A stretch of DNA of 63,513 nt, filler included, from Bigelowiella natans CCMP2755 (lineage: Eukaryota > Protista > Cercozoa): the NCBI GenBank assembly GCA_000320545.1. It is 6 parts of 6 records of this genome, joined end to end, with 100 filler letters (N's around TTAATTAATTAA, not from the genome) between each part and the next. Parts side by side here need not be neighbours in the genome. Positions count along the whole stretch, not along the records: positions 46,518 to 57,657 come from ADNK01003559.1; positions 57,758 to 60,873 come from ADNK01003237.1; positions 60,974 to 63,513 come from ADNK01003671.1; 3 more parts are not named here. One strand, written 5' to 3'. Positions 54,091 through 63,513 of this stretch are shown piece by piece (positions within the stretch are counted from its first letter, which is position 1; each line of letters begins with the position of its first letter). The position numbers and the translations under genes are program-made. Below the pieces are notes generated by a model. That model was not told where the DNA came from and ran no database searches. It saw only the letters and a list, made by a program, of their open reading frames with translations.

Positions 54091-57000
54091 TCTCACTCTA
54101 TGTCAATCCGTGTGTGTGTGCGTGTGTGTGTGTGTGTGTGCGTTTGCGTGGGCGTGCGCGTGTGAGGGGAAAGAGAGGATGTATTTGTCGTATAAATCTT
54201 GTTAATGTAGTACCATCTAATAATTTCATTTGCATTTGTAAAATGCTTTATACTTGTACAACAATTAGTTCTCATTCTTACATATCTCTGTGTTGATATC
54301 TTGTTATAGACTACCGGAATATAACAAATATTTTCTAAGCAAGTTCAAACAATCGAATAAATTAAAAAATAAGTTCCAAGTGATCATGGAATATGCGAAA
54401 CTGTCAGAACTACAACCAATATCATCAAATCAAGTGGATTCTGCAGATAAAGACATACTGGAATTCTTGAGGACTTACTTTGTAACTTGGACAACGATAT
54501 TGAAAGACGAGGAATTAGATCATTTGTCACGCACGCTACTGTATGCCGGGCTTAATAAGATGTTGAGTAAGCTTGATGTTAGAGTTTTCGGAATAGACGT
54601 CACTCCATTGCAGAACTTGTCTGAGAGGTAATCCATTTCCACTAGCCTGTTATTCTTTGTTCCATATTCCTTTCATTTTCTACGTCCCTGAATGTCTTAG
54701 GTGTTTATATGAATTCAATCTCCCTGTCTCCATTTCATAGTAGATTCAAAGTTGAAATGTTTTGTAGAACGTTGGGCCTTCTACTGGACGATGAAACGAA
54801 AGAGAGGGCGTATAAATCTTGTCCATACACCTATAAGGAATCCGAATTCTACTCCCATGTACTAGGTTCGCTATTTCAAATCACAATGATAATGAAAAAG
54901 GTCATTATCTACAAATGTTGGGATGATCTATTACAAGTAAATGTAATCTTGCTCCATCCAATTTTGCCTATCTTATTCTCAAGTATTTATGGCTATTGAT
55001 TAGTTCATTGTTACAGCATTACTTCTTAAAAAAATCAACAGGTGTTGGAGGATAGCAAACAGCACGGTCGTCGCAAGAAACTGTTCAGCGGTTTTCGTCA
55101 AAAATTAAAGAGAGTCAAATCCTCCAAGCACTATCCTTTAGTACACCAAGCAAGGATGATTGAACAAATCTTAGCCTTTCTTCAAGCAGATCCCAGCAAG
55201 TGGGAGAAACTCAGGGCATACGCAGTTAACATTTACAAGATTGTCAAAGGAGGGCATAACATTCTCAGTGGTGGTGCAGGATTTGCTCAATTTTTTGGAG
55301 ATCTCGACAAGATTGAAGACGGGATTTCAAGTGTAAAAGATGGCTGGAAAGGTGTTCCAAAGTTCAAGCGCAAAAAATGGTACGAAAAGGTAATGGAAAT
55401 GGAGGGCCTGGCCAGTGAGTGTTTGAATGGCAACAAAAGTTTTCAAGATTACACAGACAGAATCAAAGACTTTCAAAAGAAAGATGGCTTCGTCGCATTG
55501 TGCTATGAATGCACGTATCACATCATCCACCTTCTTGAATCCAAGGATGGCGACGCACAATTTAAGAAATCCTGTTCTGACTGGACTAGAGAACGATTCA
55601 AAGATGCTACATGGCATACAAAAGCCCCAGGAGCCTTTTGGGCACTACTTGACTTGCATAACGCTTTGAAATCTAGACAAGCTGCAATAAATCAACTAAA
55701 AGATCCCCTCACACTCGCCGCCGTGAATGCTACAGAAAAGCAAGCATCTGCTTTCGAATTGCTATATAATAAATGGAAGAAGCTAAAAGAGCTTAAGAAA
55801 GAATACTATGGAGAAAAAAACAACGATGTGGGTGCGATTCTATTGAATTTGCTCAAAGAGCCTTTGCTTAGGAAAAAACTTGCAGAAGACGAAACGATGA
55901 ACGAAAAAATTAAGAATGAATTACAGCAGAACTACATCAATCCTAAAAGGGATTTGAAGGAGCATCTCGAACCGTACTTGGAAAATACTCGTCAATTCAT
56001 CGACATAGATTTCAAAAATTGGCTTCTAAAAAAAGAGAGTAAGAGTCGAGTGATGTGGATCTGCGCAGGTCCGGGTATGGGCAAGACGGTATCTATGGCT
56101 CATTTGGCTGATAAATTTAAAGACAACATTCTAGCCGTGCACTTTTGTAGCCACACACGAGAAAATTCGAGGCAAACAGAGAAAATTCTGCTCTCCCTTG
56201 CGCACCAACTCACCGAAAGGCTACCATGGTATAAGGAGAAAGTATATGAAGAACTTTCGAAGAATGGAGGGACTGAAGGCGGGGACGCAAATGGTAATTG
56301 GGATAGATTCTTCCGATATCCCTTCAAGAATAAATTTAATGAGACGCCCAACCAAAAGATAGTGCTACTTATTGATGCACTTGATGAGGCTAAGCTAGAG
56401 GATGCAAATTCATCGATTTTGAGAATCCTCCGCAGACGATTGCAAGATTTGCCTAGCTGGGTAGGAGTGGCGGTTAGTAGCAGACCTGAAGTCAAAGTGA
56501 AAGAAGAGCTCGACCTTTATGAGCCTCTGAAGATTGAGTGTGAAAACAAAGATAACATTGCTGACGTCCGGCGTTATGTGGAGCACGAGCTGAAAGAGAG
56601 AAATATCGCAGATCAGGGCCTCCACGAGTATACCAACATCATTCTTGAAAAGGCTAAGGGAATGTTCTTGTACGCAAACTTAGTTTTTAAGAATAATGAA
56701 GATGTGTTCGAGAATATAAAGGATAAAAATCTATTGAAAGTTCTCAAATCACTCCCTGTTAAATTAGAGGCTTACTACCACAGCTGCTTCGAGCGTGTTA
56801 TTTCAGAAGATGAATTTCAGAAGGATCTTCTCAAAGTTATTCTTGAAGTCACAGTCTCTGCTCAAAGGGAACTAAAGCTGTGGGAAATCACCGAGATGCT
56901 ACTACACAGCAGAGATAGAGACTATGAGGCCAGCTTCGAAAACTTGTTTGAACCAATGTTCAATCGAGTATACGATAGAGTAGAGAAAATTGCGGGACTA

Positions 57001-57657
57001 CTACGAAGTCCACCTAAGAGAGATTACAAATGGGTTATTCAGCTTAACCACAAAAGTGTAAAAGACTACCTTGTGGACAATAAAGCATACAAGAGTGGCA
57101 AGCTGTATCCATATCGCATTAATGAGCGCAAAGGACACCATTTATTCGCTGAGCATCTGTGGGACAATGTTCTGCGTACGTTCCTGGGCCAACTACCCCT
57201 AAAAAGTATAGACAACGTCAAACCGTTCGATGAACAACTTAAACTTCCAAAACGTTGGACAAACAACGAGCATCCTGCAAGCAGCAGAGGCCAGGCTCTT
57301 CCCAATCTAAAATATGCTGTACAACACTGTGGCTCTCATGCAACGAGAGGCAAATGTTGGAGAGTCATCGAGGGATATTTCACCTCTTTGTATCTTTGTG
57401 AGATTCGCTTGCGTCTTTGTCCTAACACCGTCTCAGAATTTGTTCACGCCTGTAATGTAGCCATTGTAGAAGCACAAAAGGAATCTAGGCGTCAAGAACT
57501 TGCGGAGAGCATTCGCGTTGGGCCAAGTTGTCCCTCATACCTTCTCTTCAAAACGATCCTCGTTGGATTTATCCGTGTGCTCTTGCAATGCCTAACAAAT
57601 CAAGTCCGTTCAAAATTGCAACGCAAACAAAAAAGGACTGGATGCCAAACATCCGCA
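53742..57657 (+). CDS. NACHT/STAND-class NTPase (NWD/HET-E-like NLR-type), 3'-truncated
   Basis: Exons ~53824-53945, 54310-54627, ~54741-54936 and a ~2.5-kb exon from 55042. Walker A AGPGMGKT, VHFC, LLSLAHQL, Walker B VLLIDALDE, SSRP, AKGMFLYA, LP..LEAYY and HKSVKDYL. Confidence 0.88.
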
Positions 57658-57757
57658 NNNNNNNNNNNNNNNNNNNNNNNNNNNNNNNNNNNNNNNNNNN
57701 NTTAATTAATTAANNNNNNNNNNNNNNNNNNNNNNNNNNNNNNNNNNNNNNNNNNNN
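57658..57757. other. Artificial contig-joining spacer
   Basis: N44-TTAATTAATTAA-N44. Confidence 0.97.
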
Positions 57758-57849
57758 TCACATGACATCATCATCATCATCATTATCACCAAATCGTTTT
57801 CTCCTCCCCCTCCTCCTCTCCTCCTCACAGTGCTTGTGTGGGCCCGAAG

Positions 57850-58947
57850 AGGTGTCGTTCGAAATAGACGATATAGAGCTGGGCAACGACGAAATCGGTA
57901 CAGCGTTTGCAGCCGTAGCAGCACACAGGAGGCACATATACACACTTACACGCGCGCTCGAATGAACATGGGTGCATTGTACATTCATATTCCCGCATGC
58001 ATGCACGCATCATCGTGCTCGTTTTTCTCCCATCATGATCATATCAATAGTTGTCTAATCGTGATAATCATCGTCATCATCGTTTCTAGCATCGACATCG
58101 TCATCTTCAGAGAGCCCTCCACCTTTTCCATCAGGTATTATTGCATGTGTTGGCAGTAGAGAGCACCCTCATGCATGCATGCGTGCATGCGTGTGTGTGT
58201 GTACACTGAATAAATAATGAATGTGTGTTGTGGTATTGTTTTTGTGTTATTACATAGGGTCTCGCTTCTTAGTTCCGTTAATCACGGTCAGCCACACTGC
58301 TGTGCTGCAAGTTTCAGCATCTCTCTCTCACATCCCCCCCCCCTCTCTCTCTCTTTCCCAGGGTAGAATATCCGAATTGAAGAAGGCAGCGGAGTCGGTT
58401 GATGCCCGCCGCGAGTCTCTGCCCCCCCTCATCTTCCAGGCGCTAACGACGATATGGGTCCAGGAGACAAGGGTATGAGCACTAGTGCTGCTGCTGCAAT
58501 ACTCCTACCAAAAAAAACCACTGAATTTGTTGATTCGGTTACGTCTCTCCCCTCCCCTCCCTGACTCTCTTCCTTCCTCTTTTCACCATCGTCATCATCA
58601 TCCTCCTCCTCATCATCATCATCGTCACCATCATCGTCGTCATCATCCATCATCGTCATAATCCACAGGATTTAGATGATCCCGGCAGTGTAGGCTGTAG
58701 CCACTTCATCGAGAGGGTATATCATTCCTAGTAGGTGCAAGTAGTAGCGGCGAGAGTAGTAGTACAACGCTGCCTGCTCAAAATAGAGGAGAGCGGTTTG
58801 CCAACAGCAAATGATGCGCTGATTAACATGCGATTGATGTGCTGCCTGGCAGTTGTCGATGTACTTTGGAGAAGCTGGAGATATCTGTCCGCGAAGATTA
58901 TTCTGGTGCTCTCCTGCCCCCCCCCCTCTTCTCTCTGATGCGTGTGC

Positions 58948-58984
<37 letters not shown>

Positions 58985-59237
58985 ACTGTGCTGATTCACA
59001 TAATATCGATGCTAAATAATTGTGCAAACACACAACTAATTAAATAAGGTGCTTGGCGGACGGAGCGACAAATCGCGTCTCCTTTGAAACATGGCTGAAT
59101 GGTAGCAGTAGCAGCAGCAGTATTAGTAGTGATCAACGAGCAATCAACACACACACGTATTCATGTAGAGAAAGAGAAACCTGCGGTAGGGATGGTATCT
59201 TTTGTATGGATTAAAACACACACACACACACACTCAC

Positions 59238-59294
<57 letters not shown>

Positions 59295-59539
59295 ACATAC
59301 CCCTTTTCTCCATCCTTAACCCAGCCATTACTCTTTGGGAGAAGTCAAGCGCGTACACGCGACTCAAAATAATCTTCGATATCTTTGACCGCTCACAGGT
59401 GCGTCTCGCATGGAACGATGATGATGATGATGATGATGACGACGATGATGAAATGGATTATTAGGAGGAAGGAGGGGGGGGGGGGGGGGATGTGGGGTAT
59501 GCGGCATCGACATATTGATGTTTCTGGTGTGCGTGCATG

Positions 59540-59576
<37 letters not shown>

Positions 59577-60052
59577 CCTCCTTGTGCGTTTCCTCAATAT
59601 CTATTTCTTTATCGGAACGATGCATTCCTACCCGCTGCTGCTCTCATCTTCCTTGTTGTTGTTGCTGCTGCTGCTGCTGCTGCTGGGATGTTATCAGACC
59701 GGATACTTGTCGAGGTCGGAAGTGAAGGATTTAGTGCTCGCTGTGACGAAGAAACGGGTAAGTCCCCGCGCAACTGCTAGCACCCTTTTCTTGCTCTTTG
59801 CTTCGTTTTTGCTTTTTTTGTTTAGTGTCGCTTGTTGCGAATATCAGCGGTATTCACAGTATCATTATCCTCATTATCATCCTCTCATCGTCATCATCAT
59901 CGATGATATTTTGATGATGCATTGTTCGCACCGATCGTCGAGCATGGTGTGGTGGGTGCTGCCATGATTGTGTTTATCTTTCTCTCAATCTCACACTCTT
60001 CTCTCGCACTGTCCTCGTCGGTACCATCTTTGACCATATAATACATCTATAC

Positions 60053-60087
<35 letters not shown>

Positions 60088-60555
60088 TGTGTATATATCT
60101 CTTAACAAATGCAGCGCTCCTGCGTGTCGGCTGTCGTGGGCAACTGCGATGCGTAAGTTGCTCTCACAGCAGTATATTTTGAAAAAAGAAGGAGAGAGAG
60201 AGGCGGGGTGGAGGGGGGGAAGAAAGAAGAGAGAGGGCGCTGTATCATTATGAGAAAGCAAGAACACCCCTCGCCACCTTTTTATGTCTCTCCCCTCTCC
60301 ATCCCCGATCATAACTATCACTAAGTGACTGTATTATGGGCGGGGGCAAGGGCTGTACTACACCTGCTTACCACTACTACAACTACTACAACTCTAACGA
60401 CAACACGGTTCTTTACCCCCGTGTCTTTGCCATCAAACTAATATTTAAATCAGCCTTTTGCGCTTCTGTAATGAGGAATTAAAGGTGCAGCCCTTGCTAA
60501 AGATTATGAGGATGATGATGATGATAATGATGATAATGATGATGGTGATTATCAT

Positions 60556-60586
<31 letters not shown>

Positions 60587-60656
60587 CGCGGGGATGTGAT
60601 ATGAGGAAGGAATGGGAAAACATATATTTTGTACTTCCTCTACTGGATTTAATTGA

Positions 60657-60701
<45 letters not shown>

Positions 60702-60716
60702 TCTCTCTCTTTGAGT

Positions 60717-60759
<43 letters not shown>

Positions 60760-60861
60760 CGCGCGCGCGCGTTTGATGATGATTGCTATTGTACTTAGTT
60801 CCAACTAGAGAGCTACATCTCCTTCTTCCCCAATTTCTTCGCTGGGATCGATGCGGATATG
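57850..60861 (+). CDS. Internal fragment of an EF-hand protein (NCS/calcineurin-B-like)
   Basis: Spliced: PRRLFW|CLADGATNRVSFETWLN|AITLWEKSSAYTRLKIIFDIFDRSQ|TGYLSRSEVKDLV. DRSQTGYLSRSE is an EF loop. Confidence 0.7.
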
Positions 60862-60873
60862 GTGAGGCGTCGT

Positions 60874-60973
60874 NNNNNNNNNNNNNNNNNNNNNNNNNNN
60901 NNNNNNNNNNNNNNNNNTTAATTAATTAANNNNNNNNNNNNNNNNNNNNNNNNNNNNNNNNNNNNNNNNNNNN
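60874..60973. other. Artificial contig-joining spacer
   Basis: N44-TTAATTAATTAA-N44. Confidence 0.97.
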
Positions 60974-61299
60974 CGAGATTTCCATGAGAATATATCAGGC
61001 ATTCAAGAAGAGTAGTCCTTATGCAACTACCACTATTTCTTATCACAATATGGTAGAAATGGCGGAGGAATTGCGTGCCTCCGACTTCAGGAAACCTTCC
61101 CAGCGTGCATGACCTCGGAGCTTCTGGGTAGCAGTAGTAGTAGTAGTAGTAGTAGTAGTAGGAGGAGGTGGTGGAGGAGGAGGAGTAGATGAGATATCTT
61201 GTAGAGGCAGGAATAATCAGGCGATTGTTAGTACGCGTTATCCCCCCCCCCTTCTCTTTTGCCATCTTGCACGCCATTCGCTCCTTGCTATTGACCGAG

Positions 61300-61337
<38 letters not shown>

Positions 61338-61467
61338 TCGATGGGAGCCATAACGCCGTTGTTCGTGACGGATAGATCGGAATAGCGCTCTTTGTGAGTG
61401 TCGCTGAAACGCTCATGGTCTGCAGGTGCTCTATGCGCTGTCATCAGGGGAAATATGAACGAGCATG

Positions 61468-61503
<36 letters not shown>

Positions 61504-61655
61504 CAATAACAGTAATGGTGGTGATGATGATGATGACGACGACGAGATTGATGATGATAATGATAAACAGCATGGAAGTGCCTCTCCTCACACAAATGCT
61601 GCATATTGTTCTTGCCCTCATTTCTCGCTGCATATGGCGGCGATGTGATTATCAG

Positions 61656-62059
61656 GGAGACCTATTCTCAAGGAGCAGCCGATGGTGGATTTGCGAGGGA
61701 GGAGGAGGAGAAAGGTGCTACTACAGAAACACTAATATCAGTTGCAATTCTTGAGGACTTCGTAAGATACGTGGAACGCAATCACCACCCCCCTGCAGCA
61801 GCAGCAGTAGTAGTATTACCAGGAGGAGGAGGAGGAGGAGAGATACACTACCATTGATCATAGTTGAAATCGTTATTTCTTGTATGGCTCGGTGTCGTAC
61901 CCCACGACGACTACCCAAGAGTGGTTACATCGATTAGTTTGCACGTGTTGATTGATTGCTCGTTGTTGCCCTGGTGCGTATCTTTCCGTATCATTTTAGG
62001 GCAGTATCACTGGACGATGTGGGCTCTGTTTATCACCGAGAAGTGGTGCCAGGTGTTTC

Positions 62060-62102
<43 letters not shown>

Positions 62103-63032
62103 TCGCACGCGCGCTTCTCCATGACTTTGTCCCTACAACGAGAAATGATAAGATGATAGTCGGGTGTTTGTGCTCCAGGTGTGGATGCTAAGCTTGGTCT
62201 CCAATTTCTATATCGAGCCATGGCGGGGGGGGGGCGGGGGGGGCGGGGGAATGGATAAGAGACTGGTGAGTGTGTATGTTCACAATTTTTGGAAAAAACA
62301 GAAGCGACAATTTTAATAGTACTTCTGAAAATACTGACAGCCTTTAGTGGTTATTACACGCGTGTGTATGCGTACGTGTGTTTACTATGTTCCTTATATC
62401 TGTGCAACGCGAGCAAGCCACACAAAGACCACAGTTATACTGATATATGTGTTTGTGCGTGCGTGCGTGTGCGTAGGAGAGCGCCAGTCATTTTTACTTG
62501 ATCATGGCCTTCTACAATTTGTGCTGCTGGGTAAGGCGGAGTAGTAATTGAGGCAGAGGAGGAAGCAATAGGAGCAAACATCTAATGTTATCTTCTTATG
62601 TTGCGGCTAGCACTATGTTCTCCCGCTGGGGGGGGTAAATCATGTATGGAGATGGTGAAGTTAATTGCTTCCTTTTGCAGGTCTCATCACTGGCCTATGC
62701 GTTTCGATTCATGCATCCCACCAACGGAGCGGCAAGTGGAATCGGGTAGCAGGAGGGGGGGGGACACATGTATACTTTCTCAAGTCATCGTGCATAATCA
62801 CCGTCGTATTCCTTTTCATCATCATCATCATCACCACCACCATCATCATCATCATCATCACCACCTTCATCATCATCATCATCACCACCTTCATCATCAT
62901 CATCACCATCATCTTCATCATCACTACGTCCCCACTGCTGCTCGGTATTTCCTCTCTTCCAAACTCCCCCATCATCAACAAATAGGCGATGGAAGATTGT
63001 AGCTGTGATTTATGTTGCGCTCATCATAAAGG
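61656..63032 (+). CDS. Fragment of an unidentified, possibly multi-pass membrane protein
   Basis: Several AG/GT-bounded segments with hydrophobic readings (HFYLIMAFYNLCCW; RWKIVAVIYVALIIK). Frame is not secure. Confidence 0.25.
62817..62923. repeat. Compound (CAT/CAC)n trinucleotide tract, representative of the very many intronic microsatellites
   Basis: Seen directly. (CA)n, (TA)n, (GA)n, (GAT)n, (TAG)n, (GAG)n and poly-G/C tracts occur in most introns. Confidence 0.9.
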
Positions 63033-63513
63033 TACTAGTAGTTGTAGCAGCAGCATCAGCAGCAGCCTTAGTAGTAGTAGTACCCGCATGGTGATAACTT
63101 GGCTGCGCTGTGCATCTCTCCCTCTAACAATCACATATTCGTTCTCATTAGCTTTGCATATGTCATGATGCGTGCCTCTCCTTTTTCATTCACTCCTACT
63201 TATTACTCCTCCTCCTCCTCCTCCACCTCCTCCTCCCCATACTACTACTACTACTACGATGTGGTAAGTTCCGCATGCTGAGTGCCATCGTCTTCTTCCA
63301 GCAGGTAATAAATAAGTGTTAATAACCACCCTCAATTCGCCTCATAATGGACCCTTTCGAGCGAGAGAGAGTTTGCATATGTGTCGGTAGATAAGTTGAT
63401 AGATTTGTCGCAATTATACCTTAACTTTTACTCCTCTTCCTTATCTTCCTCCTCCTCCTCCTCCTCCTCCACCTCCTCCTCCTGGCCAATACCAAGAACC
63501 AGCCGCATGTGTC

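Noticed and set aside
62598-63002. Poly-His ORF and the many poly-CV/HT/YI/LS/M ORFs in the track
   Set aside because: These are translations of intronic microsatellites with no coding signal.

Overview
Eukaryotic nuclear DNA from an intron-dense, microsatellite-rich protist or alga. Several signal-peptide-plus-extension N-termini are compatible with a secondary-plastid alga such as a chlorarachniophyte, but this cannot be proven from the window. The window is six contigs (1-9528, 9629-22130, 22231-46417, 46518-57657, 57758-60873, 60974-63513) joined by artificial 100-nt N44-TTAATTAATTAA-N44 spacers. Most supplied ORFs are microsatellite noise, so genes were rebuilt by hand-splicing GT-AG exons. 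Genes found: the 3' end of an EF-hand (NCS-like) gene, a zincin + histidine-phosphatase fusion, a helicase-associated (HA) repeat protein, trehalose-6-phosphate synthase, a peroxisomal crotonase-family enzyme (SKL), thiamine pyrophosphokinase with a +1 frameshift, a Tudor/SH3-like hypothetical, a PhyH dioxygenase + HEAT protein, a signal-peptide WW protein, U2 snRNA, a formin FH2 region, a cullin, a GFA/CENP-V protein, a sulfotransferase-like protein, a NACHT/STAND NTPase and a second EF-hand fragment. The most notable unexplained structure is architectural. Neighbouring genes almost strictly alternate strand, convergent spacers are rich in short palindromes (CTAG/TGCA/CATG), and a ~50-bp GGATG...CATCCGT element recurs only in convergent spacers. 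Coordinates of spliced models are hand-derived and approximate at their ends.
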